Shown: in pieces, positions 57,201 to 64,000 of the stretch
Layout: each line of letters starts with the position of its first letter
How positions within the stretch are numbered: the first letter of the stretch is position 1
From: Mytilus californianus
Lineage: Eukaryota
DNA length: 64,000 nucleotides
NCBI RefSeq assembly: GCF_021869535.1
Contig: NW_026262668.1
Coordinates: forward strand, 118,544,001-118,608,000
Reading direction: 5' to 3'
Notes under the pieces: generated by a model
Told to the model about the DNA's origin: nothing
Databases searched by the model: none
The model's input: the letters and a program-made list of their open reading frames with translations, nothing else
Made by a program: the position numbers and the translations under genes

Positions 57201-57949
57201 CGAATATTTCCATGTGTTCTCAGACTTGATCATTTAAATACACTATTCCAATTGAAACAGTTAATATTTACTATCCCTTCATCCTTAATTTCATCAAGGC
57301 TGCTAAGATCCAAAATTTAAATATCGTACAACTGCTCGCATCTAATACGTTTATACACAATATCGTTATTACATTTTATAAACTTACATATGTGTAATAA
57401 TATATATTAAAAAAGACTAAGTGATGTTTGTGCATAAACGAACATATAAAAATATTTCTGATTTTCACCCATCTGTCGCTTAATATATCTTCAAGTTCAT
57501 TTCAAATAACAAAACGTTCGAAAGGTTTCCCGGTATTTCATAGGCGGCAAAATTTAGAAAAAAATGGGGAAACCTTTCGAACCATATAACTTTTGATAAA
57601 GGACTTTCCGTTTTGAATTTTCCTTGGAGTTCGGTATTTTTGTTATTCTACTTTTTTTTAAAGTCTTTGCACGGGGAGTCGAACTTTACTTCTTCCAGGT
57701 ACTTCTTTCGTCAGAAATGAACTTGAAGAAAATTAAAACAATTGGGGAGTGAAATCTGAATTTTCTGAAATTGTTCACCAAAAAGCTTTAATTTTCAATT
57801 GTCTATTTAAATTTTTTTGATTTTTACTCAGAAATGCAGCATACAAATGTTATATTATACTTACTAAATACTGAATCGATAACATACGGAACTATACCAT
57901 TTGGCCACAGTAAATTAGTCTTCGTGTAAAAGTTTCTCTTTCTGGAGTC
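15296..57949 (-). CDS. Spliced astacin-family (M12A) zinc metalloprotease, astacin-EGF-CUB-EGF-MAM-Thr-rich-MAM-MAM; 24 coding exons listed below; N-terminal signal/pro exons unresolved
   Basis: Manual exon chain with GT-AG at every intron and consistent phases. Lengths 85,136,79,192,127,114,110,119,146,114,101,127,185,79,720,92,130,176,82,95,127,179,97,29 sum to 3441 nt, open to TAG at 15298-15296. Motifs: RKR-NF activation site, [27 protein letters not shown], two 6-Cys EGF, CUB CGG..SPNYP, three MAM CxF..DW..GP..YxY..CLxFxYHM..GDIAxDD. Confidence 0.93.
15906..16002 (-). CDS. Exon: MAM3 part 4 IEIEANKGGQTKKKNKGDIALDDIQLSTGACT
   Basis: tattcag|ATT...ACAT|gtaagc; 97 nt, phase 0-1; GDIALDDI. 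Confidence 0.93.
16664..16842 (-). CDS. Exon: MAM3 part 3 (A)SEYCLQFHYHMYGAHIGNLVVYI...GDQGNRWNHACLNLSYPNDIT
   Basis: atttcag|CC...ACG|gtacat; 179 nt, phase 1-0. Confidence 0.94.
17337..17463 (-). CDS. Exon: MAM3 part 2 QTPTPKTGPSSAYSGNQYAYIEVNGKKTGEAAILSTDGTVLA
   Basis: atattag|CAA...GCAG|gtattt; 127 nt, phase 0-1. Confidence 0.93.
17593..17800. repeat. Minisatellite, 43-bp unit, about 5 copies
   Basis: ttgtgtgtatcttaatgtatttgtggtttttgctaatgtttat. Confidence 0.95.
17815..18513 (+). mobile_element. Penelope-like element 3' fragment (RT thumb plus terminal repeat region)
   Basis: SASYLDLHLEID, DKRDDFSF..VNFPFLCSNIP..YGVYISQLIRY, followed by ccttccggagcacctg..ggggttcgt terminal motif. Confidence 0.8.
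18860..19475 (+). mobile_element. CR1/L2-clade LINE 3' fragment
   Basis: RLRMNSSSLNSYLF..DSPNCRCG..HFLLSCP..R; KYIIKTKRF end; 3' UTR ending aataaaatattgtttaaact. Confidence 0.75.
19522..19616 (-). CDS. Exon: MAM3 part 1 (C)DRFVCGFESSDETCIFRNKGNDDFDWKLGQS
   Basis: ttgacag|GT...TCG|gttagt; 95 nt, phase 1-0. Confidence 0.93.
20400..20900 (-). pseudogene. Possible decayed LINE APE endonuclease fragment
   Basis: Only a GEFNSR motif and an LINLNG segment were recognisable. Confidence 0.3.
20988..21069 (-). CDS. Exon: MAM2 part 4 IEIEADKKGNKGDIAIDAILLSTGACT
   Basis: catatag|ATT...ACTT|gtaagt; 82 nt, phase 0-1; GDIAID. Confidence 0.92.
22330..22465 (+). pseudogene. LINE C-terminal zinc-knuckle fragment
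   Basis: SRSNRVCSLCKYDIDDEIHFILKC. Confidence 0.55.
22546..22721 (-). CDS. Exon: MAM2 part 3 (A)SKYCLQFHYHMRGAGSGSLKVWV...GNQGDRWLYASINIPYHNDLV
   Basis: ttttcag|CT...GTT|gtatgt; 176 nt, phase 1-0. Confidence 0.94.
23138..23658 (-). mobile_element. Non-autonomous Helentron/HINE-like element with both ends
   Basis: - strand starts ttttagctcacccggcc..ggccaagtgagct (5' stem-loop) and ends aggtgagcgacacaggctct-tt-agagcctctagt. Confidence 0.78.
23849..23978 (-). CDS. Exon: MAM2 part 2 GGTPTSGTGPANAYSGDQYAYIEVTKKKKNKIAILSTFNTVLE
   Basis: cacacag|GGA...GAAG|gtattt; 130 nt, phase 0-1; TPxxxTGP, YxYIE. Confidence 0.93.
24571..25171. repeat. Near-perfect 300-bp tandem duplication
   Basis: 24571-24870 vs 24871-25171; one substitution and one 1-bp indel seen. 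Confidence 0.95.
25480..26250 (-). pseudogene. Penelope-like element RT fragment
   Basis: LLDNIYVRFANKVYQQVVGIHMGTNSAPLIADLFLYCY, YLDD, IYDKRDDFSF..FPFLDGDVP, LLSQGFRYHTL. Confidence 0.85.
26985..27319. repeat. Minisatellite, 49-bp unit, about 7 copies
   Basis: aggtaaacatacggccatcaaccacaggcatatgtttatacacacctat. Confidence 0.95.
30262..30353 (-). CDS. Exon: MAM2 part 1 (V)SYSCGFESSDGKCIFENSIIDDFDWTLGHS
   Basis: tttattag|TT...TCG|gtaagt; 92 nt, phase 1-0; CGFE..C..DDFDW. Confidence 0.94.
31343..32062 (-). CDS. Exon: Thr-rich mucin-like linker with about 20 copies of a 10-aa unit (SVATTQKTTP-like)
   Basis: ttgacag|GA...TCAG|gtaaac; 720 nt, phase 1-1; 30-nt coding tandem repeat. Confidence 0.88.
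32150..32725 (+). mobile_element. Penelope-like RT fragment followed by a terminal-repeat-like segment
   Basis: SLNFTF..DDVLSLNN..YP..LEIKDT..YDK pattern across frames; its 3' end is the reverse complement of the start of the 8513-8710 insert. Confidence 0.65.
33163..33316. mobile_element. Short MITE with ca..cccgtagccagggggg/ttcg-type terminal inverted repeats
   Basis: cacacccgtagccagggg..ttcga and tcgaacccc..ccttgcaacgggcctg; gtagt duplicated at 33158-33162 and 33317-33321. Confidence 0.65.
33339..33417 (-). CDS. Exon: MAM1 part 4 VSFVGIRNGWMSYMAVDDIWLIPGTC
   Basis: ctacatag|GTG...TGCG|gtttgt; 79 nt, phase 0-1; AVDDI..C MAM end. Confidence 0.9.
35491..35675 (-). CDS. Exon: MAM1 part 3 (K)VERCLSFWYHMYSYTPSSMGSLNVFV...NQGKTWLYEEIDIPAVENLK
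   Basis: cactag|AG...AAG|gtttgt; 185 nt, phase 1-0; CLSFWYHM, GSLNV, NQGxxW. Confidence 0.93.
36267..36393 (-). CDS. Exon: MAM1 part 2 KAPYVYSGPRRAKEGFVYLYLHSSGKTKSGDKAVMSTEMEFP
   Basis: atttcag|AAA...CCAA|gtaaga; 127 nt, phase 0-1; GP..A..G..YxY pattern. Confidence 0.85.
37005..37165. mobile_element. Fold-back MITE with TTAA ends
   Basis: The whole 161 bp is an imperfect palindrome centred on atgaagcgc-ttcc-gcgcttcat, with ttaa at both ends. Confidence 0.8.
37850..38310 (-). mobile_element. Decayed retrozyme-like repeat; 358-nt monomer bounded by two mutated hammerheads (37875-37918, 38233-38276)
   Basis: Same 44-nt frame as the intact copies, but the cores read UUGAUAA and CUAAGAA; body homologous to 55834-56137. 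Confidence 0.78.
39449..39496 (+). ncRNA. Degenerate type I hammerhead of a second family
   Basis: CUGAUGA GUC uaauuuc GAC AAAA CGUGCG UC UGGCGU; the conserved GAAA reads AAAA and stem I is weak. Confidence 0.6.
39869..39969 (-). CDS. Exon: MAM1 part 1 (V)YAPIGCTAEVGEYCIFKQEPEPTTDQMNWDTGS
   Basis: atttcag|TA...TCG|gtaggt; 101 nt, phase 1-0. Confidence 0.85.
40395..40750 (+). repeat. ~350-bp interspersed repeat; other copies at 59975-60350 (-) and 62330-62642 (+, decayed)
   Basis: Three alignable copies sharing gggagggttgagatctc..ccccgcc..ggggccagctgaag..ttgacacattccccatttccattctc. Confidence 0.85.
40883..40996 (-). CDS. Exon: EGF-like domain 2 (G)CLGNPCKFGSCDSPINTESYVCTCDRGFTGKNCSELS
   Basis: ctctacag|GA...TCAG|gtaaca; 114 nt, phase 1-1; canonical 6-Cys EGF. 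Confidence 0.93.
42398..42472. repeat. 25-bp unit, 3 copies
   Basis: cagatagtcNacgactgtaactgaa. Confidence 0.9.
42559..42704 (-). CDS. Exon: CUB part 3 RCGSTKHEVWDSTVDEEMNTMIIILNSYVGSDKPAGNGFKMNFVSIGK
   Basis: ttgacag|A...AAGG|gtgaga; 146 nt, phase 2-1; RxCG and GFxxxF CUB motifs. Confidence 0.9.
43050..43212. repeat. 44-bp unit, about 3.7 copies
   Basis: aacattcctaaacatattttatcaaagacgagttacaatctat(a/t). Confidence 0.95.
43472..43590 (-). CDS. Exon: CUB part 2 GVENNILRGTVVDMDISNNDYACYHWMEIRYNLMGQKGP(E)
   Basis: caactag|GGG...CCAGA|gtatgt; 119 nt, phase 0-2; CYHWxEIRY segment. Confidence 0.88.
43703..44915 (-). mobile_element. Longer, more decayed copy of the same HINE-like family
   Basis: Termini gctcacct / aggtgagct and several internal gatct..tgct degenerate repeats shared with the other two copies. 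Confidence 0.7.
45004..45082. repeat. 28-bp inverted repeat (1 mismatch) around a 23-nt spacer
   Basis: aataattcatgcaagccatagatttgtt / aacaaatctttggcttgcatgaattatt. Confidence 0.85.
45531..45640 (-). CDS. Exon: CUB part 1 (D)TCGGTINVEMGTEVTLTSPNYPSPYSTGLICTWIIK
   Basis: tatacag|AT...AAG|gtaata; 110 nt, phase 1-0; CGG, SPNYP, CxWxI. Confidence 0.94.
46741..46854 (-). CDS. Exon: EGF-like domain 1 (A)NCPSLACKNGGFTIMNCTCYCPDVLTGDLCEQPISNT
   Basis: ttttctag|CT...ACTG|gtatgc; 114 nt, phase 1-1; six Cys with CxNGG and CxC. Confidence 0.9.
47455..47581 (-). CDS. Exon: end of astacin domain SFSRNGMETILVKDW...DVVEVTSTYECS
   Basis: gttttag|AGT...TCAG|gtgagc; 127 nt, phase 0-1; FSxNGxxTI and terminal YxC motifs. 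Confidence 0.92.
47838..48075 (-). repeat. ~230-bp interspersed repeat; other copies at about 8714-8946, 14770-15020, 33663-33785 (+) and 28046-28212, 54957-55140, 57597-57660 (-)
   Basis: Shared aaaaataccgaactc..ggaaaattcaaaacggaaagtcc..caactgtcatattcctgacttggtacag. Confidence 0.85.
48722..49550. repeat. Compound satellite: ~105-bp A block and ~57-bp B unit arranged A-B5-A-B1-A-B3
   Basis: A starts at 48722, 49114 and 49269; B = tcatagtcgatagcttaactgcgtaatcttagctcaaagcgtaagaagtaaattatt. Confidence 0.9.
49627..49818 (-). CDS. Exon: zinc-binding site [27 protein letters not shown]...YPYDMSSVLQYGTR
   Basis: ttttag|CAT...AGA|gtaagt; 192 nt, phase 0-0; HExxHxxGxxHExxRxDR signature. Confidence 0.96.
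50878..50956 (-). CDS. Exon: astacin domain GCTSYIGRVGRFPQTISLSIQQNCVT
   Basis: gaatag|AGGATGC...ACT|gtgagt; 79 nt, phase 2-0; GCxSxIG motif. Confidence 0.92.
52543..53087. repeat. Minisatellite, 40-bp unit, about 13.5 copies
   Basis: aatagctaccgaacagagtttgaaacagacgggtaacaac. Confidence 0.96.
53960..54280 (+). mobile_element. RTE-clade LINE 3' fragment with terminal hairpin and (TAAG)n tail
   Basis: GSCITTEGGAERDIKVR, ARSAFIRLGNIWK, KTKLRLYN; hairpin cttgccttatgtgcc-aaca-ggcatagcaag at 54230-54259; tail tagttagtaagtaagta. Confidence 0.78.
55260..55395 (-). CDS. Exon: astacin domain (N)ATHTGKILQAIEEFRSLTCIQWIPFEDTKAMNLGHENYVSFVDG(T)
   Basis: tttttag|AT...GGAAC|gtgagt; 136 nt, phase 1-2; matches the astacin TCI-F/W segment. 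Not in the ORF track. Confidence 0.9.
55834..56137 (-). mobile_element. Retrozyme-like repeat, about 1.2 units (245-nt internally deleted monomer), with one full and one 3'-half hammerhead (56108-56137)
   Basis: taataacataaacggtaccaatt..gcaccagatgcgcatttcgacaa repeats at a 245-nt period. Confidence 0.8.
55863..55906 (-). ncRNA. Minimal type I hammerhead ribozyme with intact core, intronic and sense to the protease pre-mRNA
   Basis: - strand: GCAUCA CUGAAGA GAC auugauu GUC GAAA UGCGCA UC^UGGUGC; 6-bp stem I, 3-bp stem II, palindromic stem III AUGCGCAU. Confidence 0.88.
57865..57949 (-). CDS. Exon: propeptide end and start of catalytic domain [28 protein letters not shown]
   Basis: ctgcag|GAC...TTTA|gtaagt; 85 nt, phase 0-1; astacin WPxGxVPY motif. 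Confidence 0.92.
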
Positions 57950-58119
57950 CTGCAGATATTTGTATTTTATATTTATATTTAGAATAAGTAGATTAGGTAT
58001 GATTGACAATGCGACCACTATCCAACATATTGCAAATGAATATAATGTTGGATATAAATATATAGTGTTTAATATGTTAACATATTAGAAATAAATAAGG
58101 GAAAAGCAATGCATAAGAC

Positions 58120-58403
58120 CTTTGGATACACAGTTGGTTTAAATAACTCTTGATAAGAATCAAACTTAATTTCGCTCCTCACATATGATTTTAAGTCTAG
58201 GTCAATATAAGCAAGGCTTGAGTCTTATTAATGAATATCCGATATTAAGTTAATTAAGGTCTTAAAGCCATGAATTACTTACTACCTTCTGTATATCAAT
58301 GTGCTGCTGTAAGTTAAATGTAGTAAGATAATATAATTGAAAAACGGTAGATTTTTTTATACCTAAGACTAGCAACAATGTAGTTGCACAATGTAAAATA
58401 TTT
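58120..58403 (-). CDS. Tentative signal/propeptide exons: 58403-58363 (NILHCATTLLLVL) and 58196-58132 or 58120 (LKSYVRSEIKFDSYQELFKPT(VYPK))
   Basis: AG/GT-bounded and phase-compatible with exon 57949; the first has a hydrophobic stretch. Donors of the second are weak and no initiating ATG was found. Confidence 0.3.
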
Positions 58404-59325
58404 CTAAAAAAATAATAAAAAGTATTTGTCACCGACAGGTCTGGCAAAATTGTTCAATTTTGTTACAATCATATATGGAAATAGAACAATTATTATTTGT
58501 TCAGAAGAAGAAAAATTAAAAACATATTCAAGAATTGAGATGCAATATGAAAAACATTTTTTTTTAAATACTTTCACAAAAAAATGAGATCTCCGTAATC
58601 CCATCCTACTACAGAACAAAACAGATGAAATTGCAGTACAAATCAAAATGACAACTATTCGCGAATGGAGAGGTCCTTTCTTGTCATATTGTAAATTATC
58701 GCTATTTTACGAAAATTTCCTTTGATCTTACTGACTGATAATTTCCTTTCTCAGTGGAGTCGAGTGATATGAAAATTATCGCTAGAAACTAAGGGGGTAC
58801 GTGCCGTTGCTAATGAAATTGCCATGAAATTGACAACGTCGTCATAGGTATAATAGCGAATTAAAGATCATTGGTGAATATCATAGGTATATACGACTTA
58901 CGGTTTCTGAGTTTTAGTGGCCAACAGACATTTGCAGATAACTTTCTAAGGGCATAACCCTACCAAGTAAAACACCTTGGTTCAAATGTATCGAAGAATC
59001 AGAGTAAGGTCCTGAACAAATTCTATTCTGCAGTATATGTCGACCTATTACAGTTACAGTGTTTATCTACTAACAATGTTTTTCGGTTTAGGGCGAAAAC
59101 TCTATACCGACATAACTTTACGACTTACAAGGTTTGTTATGGACAGGTACTTATGACACTTATACAACATATGAATCTGATTGCGACATGTTATACGGTT
59201 TCTGCGTTGGCGGAGCTTAATGAATAATTATCAAAATCAAAAAAAAAAAAAAAAAATACAGAAAGGCATTTCTCTTTTGTAAACCTCGGGAAAAGCCTTA
59301 ATTATTTAAAAGTAAATCATCAATA

Positions 59326-59410
59326 TTAAAGGGGCATTAGCTACGAGATATAATTTTTTTTTTCAAAATATGATTTTTATTTGTTCAATGATTAATGAAA
59401 GTGAAATAGC
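59326..59410. mobile_element. TTAA-GGGGCATTAGCT terminus of a probable Kolobok-type MITE; related termini at 24213 and, inverted, at 26547-26561
   Basis: Shared terminal motif only; no transposase seen. Confidence 0.4.
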
Positions 59411-62400
59411 ACCCCGTATAACCCATACAAATGAATCCGGACGTTGACGCGTTCAAATTGAACACACCGTGTACCACGGAGTTCAGCTAGAGAATAATAA
59501 ATAATTTTAAGAAATTTCAATATTTATTCTTCGGATATTTTGCGTCAATATATTCTTTGCTGTATTGCTCATCTCTTACTGCAAGGTTTTTAAAATATTT
59601 TATATCTTCGTAAGCAAATATCTAAAAACGCGCGAACTTGACACTAATAAACGCATGCTCACAATTTTTAATGGTTATAAATTTCAAGTTTCCCGTGCCT
59701 CATATCTTTTAAAACATACATGTTTGATAATATTATAGTTAAGACTTATATAACTTGTAAAGACTGTAGGTTTTTGTGTTATCTAGAAAACAAAACAAAA
59801 GCATGTTTTTACATGTCTTTATTTTCAAATTGTGTACGCTTCGTTATATGTACACTTTTTTATACTATACGATTCGTCGCAAAACAATTGTATTTGTCAT
59901 ATGAATTTTGCATGTACTAAAACATGTTGTCATATGTAGATAACAATATACATGTTAAAAAATGTTTTACCATCATAATTAAATTGAGAATGGAAATGGG
60001 GAATGTGTCAAAGAGACAACAACCCGACCAAAGTGCAGAAAACAGCCGAAGGCCACAAATGGTTCTTCAACACAGCGAGAAAATCCCGCACCGGGAGGCA
60101 GGCTTCAACTGGCCCCTAAACAAAAATGTGTACTAGTTCAGTGAAAATGGACGTCATACTAAATTCCAAAACATATAAATGAACTAAAATTAAAAAAACA
60201 TACAAGACTAACAAAGGCTAGAGGTTCCTGACTTGGGACAGGCGCAAAAATGTGGCGGGGTTAAACATGTTTTGTGAGATTTCAACCCTCCCCTATACCT
60301 CTAGCCAATGTAGAATAAGCAAACACACAGCAATACGCACAGTAAAACGCATTTGAAAAGAAGTCCGAGTCCGATGTCAGAATAGGTAACAAAAGAAACT
60401 AAGCAAAATGACAATGATACATAAATTAACAAAGGACTACTAGCAATTACTGACATGCCAGCTCCAGACAACAATTAAACGACATATAATCTCCGTTGCA
60501 TAGTTGAAATGCACTTGGAAGCATTTGAGTTGTTTTGTACATGTACATGTAAGAAGTGTCATTGTAAATATGAAAAGTGTAAATTGATTAGACAATACAA
60601 TCGCTCAACAATTTACAGATATCACTGGCTGAGCGTACGGATAGACGCGTGCGACTTCCTATTTCATAACATATTTTTAAATAAACGTTTACCGAACGAC
60701 ATTCAACCATAAACACGCCTGGTAAACCATCAAATCTCAACCAAATGGTTAAGCGAATAAAAGTTTACTGGCACTTCCTGTTGAGCTTTTTTGGTATAAA
60801 TTATCAAAAATATAGATAGGGTAGGTCGACATTTCATCAATTTATTGTTAATTTGTGAATATTTTGTTAAATAGGAGAATGTCATGCCATAGATAACTAA
60901 AGGAGATTTTGTTTCAGTTACTACTAATACAAATATAATCTAAAATGACACCTGAATCACTTTTTTTCCGTATGTAAGTGCGGCCAGCTCAGTGAGTTTG
61001 TTGACAAAATGACAGTGAGCTCATCAATAAAGCTAACGTATATTTCAGTATATTAGTGTTTTTCTTAATCAATATAAACTTATAATAACAGTTTTACCTA
61101 TTTCTTTACGAATATGATTTTATCAAGCTGACTTTGTTATAAAATATGTCAGGTTGAGTTTGTCTGGTATCGGTTGTGATATTCTGGAACAATGTTGAGA
61201 GCTTCGGTAGAATAAAACTTTCAACTAGCAAATTGTCAATCGGATTCGTCAAAATTCCAGAACCTTCTATGTAGTGGTTGTCATTTTAATTTGAATTTAG
61301 TATTGACACTGGTTATGTCTGATCGAGTCCTGTTGGTCAAATACCGATACTAAAGAGTAGTGATTTTTAAAGTCTAGAAAACGAGATGGAACGTCCAGCG
61401 CTGAGTGTGAAGATTTAAGGTCTATAGCTAAAGATATAATGTCTAGCGCTGGAAAAGTCTTGTGTCCAAAATTTAAAGTCTAGTGCTCAAGATGTGAAAT
61501 AGAAAAACAACTGATATGGGGTATCTATTCATGAAACAAAATCCGTACATGCACAGCAAAAACACAAAAAGCAAAGGAACAGCTTTTTTATTGCTGTTCT
61601 TCATCTCAAAGTTACAGTGAGGCCTTTCACTTGAGCAAAAGAACTCTCACCACCTAATCGGGCCAGGTTAAAAAGAACATGCTGGAAAGTAGTACATATT
61701 TAAAACAAAGAATTTGGACAAAATTTTGAGGACATTTGTGACATGTTCATCCCCTTTTTGCAAATAATTTGTATCAAACAAATGCAGATTGTTGCCATGC
61801 TTACACCAAAAAGAGATTATATTTCACCATTTTAACCTATTGAAGATGTTGTTTTTATACATATGCATATTTTTAATAGTGAACATTATTTGTTAGAAAG
61901 ATAGGAAGTGTTTAAAAATTATGAGTGTCAATTTTGATTTGTTTTCCTAACCGTGTATTGCTACCTAAAGTCAAACGCTGGGTATATAAAGTCCAGCGCC
62001 AAAGAAGCAAGTCCAGCGCTGGAGAAGCAAGGTCAAGCGATGGAGATGTAAAGCCTATCTCTGTAGTTCTAAAGTCAAGCCCTGGAGACATGTAAAACCC
62101 AGCGATATAGTCCAGTGGACAGTAATAGTGGACGACTAAATTTGTCTAATGTTATCAATTTTAAACATATCTTATCATTTTGAATATACATTTTCCATAT
62201 TGAATTCTCAAAAAAAATATATCAAGTGATCAAGAGAAATCCCGTTAGCTCTTAAGACATACATGAAACTTTATTGCGACATACGGTGGCCTATAAAAAT
62301 CTAATTCAACTGTGTGTTTGTTTATTCCACATTGTCTAGAGTTTTAGGGGAAGGTTGAGATCTCACAAAATATGTTAAACCACGCCCGTCACATTTTTGC

Positions 62401-63647
62401 GAACATCTAGCCTGTGTTAGTGTTGTGTGTTTTTTTAGTTTTGGTTCATTTGTATGTTTCGGACTTTAGTGTGGCTTTCATTTCGCTGAACTAGAATACA
62501 TTGTTGTCAAGGGGCCAGCTGAAGCCGCCTCAAGGTGCGAGATTTTCTCACTGCGTTTAAGACTCGTTGGTGGCCTTGGGCTGTGTTCTGCTCTATAATC
62601 GGGTTGCTTTCTCTTTGACACATTCCCTGTTTCCATTCTCTTTCCAAATTGCGAATATTGTATTCTGTTTTCAAATTTTACTGAATATAGATTTAGTCAT
62701 TGTGTGAAGTTGCGTCAACGCACATCTTAAATAATATGAATATATATGAACGATGGATTTTCTTTCCATATCGACAGAGAACACGTTTGTCCTGCCTTTG
62801 AAATTCTTTGAGTGCCTGTCCAAAGCCAGAAGCCTGTAGTATAGTGGTTGTCGTTGTCATATATATGGTTTTTCGTAAATTAGTTTGTAATAAATGAGGC
62901 CGTTATTTTTCTCGTTTGAATTGTTTTACATTTTTCAGTAAAACCAACATTACCACATGTGGACTGCCACTGGAAAATGAAATTTAGCCTTGCAAAATGC
63001 CACCTATAGAACCCTCCAAAAGTTGTTGCAAGGGTTCTTACCGTTCAGAGCGCGTAGCACTCTCTAATCGAGCAATCGAATTTCCGTTCGAAAAAAGACA
63101 AAGGTATGACCATTTTCCTATAACCCAGTCAACCCTTTTGTTTTGCATTATGTTTACACTAAGAAATTCATAGGCTCGTTTACGCTATTGCTCGCAGCCA
63201 TCAAAGAAAAATTAAATCTACATCAATTTTGTAGCTTGTGGGTTACAATTTTGTTGCTACCTTCATGCCCTGTATTAAGAAAAAGAAAAATGAAACGTTT
63301 AGAAATTTAGTATTAGTGACACTCCCCTGAAAAATGTATGGGTCCGCCCTGTCAATGATACCGGTAAATAATGCGGCGGGGTTAAAACATGTTTGCAAGT
63401 CAATACTATACTACCCAACCTGAGACGGTGGTATAAAAACACAAGATAAGGATTGACTATAAAACAGTTGGAAAGGACTTGGCTCGTCATCTAATGCATT
63501 CGGCAATGTTCAACAAGCTCATCTGATTGTTTTCGTTTAGGCGAACTTGGACCAACATCTGCATTTGAGAGAGGCTCAAAATCGTGAAAGTAAGAGATAT
63601 TATAGTTTTATTGGCTGTAATATATATATTTTTAACTTTATATTTCA

Positions 63648-64000
63648 TCTGGAATAACGTGGAAATTCCTAGTCTTCAATAAAAAAATTGCCTTCAGATG
63701 TGCGCTGGATAAAAAATTTCAATTATGTCTTTGGATGACTGATAATTTCATGGTTGACTACTTCGACAAGAGTTACAGATGCAAATTTACAATATAACAC
63801 AGAAAAAGGTGCTGCTGCCATCACAAATACATTAAAAAAAACAGGGATTTGTGACGGTTTTTGTCAACGAATTGTACAGTGATTATTTTAAAGAGAGTAA
63901 CGAAATTGACATATTTGGTAAAACGAACGATACAGTATTTCTTCTGGAACAACGTTGAAATTCCTAGACTTCAATAAAAAATTGCCTTCAGATGTGCGCT
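63648..64000. repeat. ~60-bp segment repeated at a ~295-bp distance, cut by the window edge
   Basis: tctggaa(t/c)aacgt(g/t)gaaattcctag..ttgccttcagatgtgcgct at 63648-63707 and 63943-64000. Confidence 0.75.

Noticed and set aside
58404-58700. Hydrophobic ORF IVVILICTAISSVLFC as a signal peptide
   Set aside because: No in-frame ATG before the upstream stop, and the region appears to be part of an interspersed repeat (recalled, not verified).
300-63490. Most 60-120 aa ORFs in the supplied track
   Set aside because: They use alternative starts in AT-rich intron or repeat DNA and have no motifs; only those overlapping assigned exons or retroelement relics are meaningful.
63541-63589. Isolated + strand AG/GT-bounded 49-nt open segment (ANLDQHLHLREAQNRE)
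   Set aside because: No partner exons or recognisable motif in the window; it could belong to a neighbouring gene but is unsupported.

Overview
AT-rich animal genomic DNA, not prokaryotic. The repeat families look like bivalve mollusc, probably Mytilus; this is inferred from recalled repeat sequences, not from a database search. The window is dominated by one spliced gene on the minus strand. I assembled 24 GT-AG exons by hand (57949 to 15296; 3441 nt, 1146 codons plus stop, every junction in phase). They encode a secreted astacin (M12A) metalloprotease with the order astacin-EGF-CUB-EGF-MAM-Thr-rich mucin repeat-MAM-MAM. The zinc motif [19 protein letters not shown] is intact, but the Met-turn reads SVLQY instead of SxMHY. 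The signal and propeptide exons are only tentatively located. Downstream lies a near full-length decayed L1/Tx1-type LINE (about 9068-14376). It has an internal 0.3-kb inversion in its RT and is bracketed by a 0.6-0.8 kb direct duplication. The window also holds minimal type I hammerhead ribozymes in retrozyme-like repeats: two intact, one of them sense-oriented inside an intron of the protease gene, plus several decayed copies. Other content includes Penelope-like RT fragments, a tRNA-derived SINE with TSD, Helentron-type non-autonomous elements, CR1/RTE/RTEX fragments, fold-back MITEs and several minisatellites.
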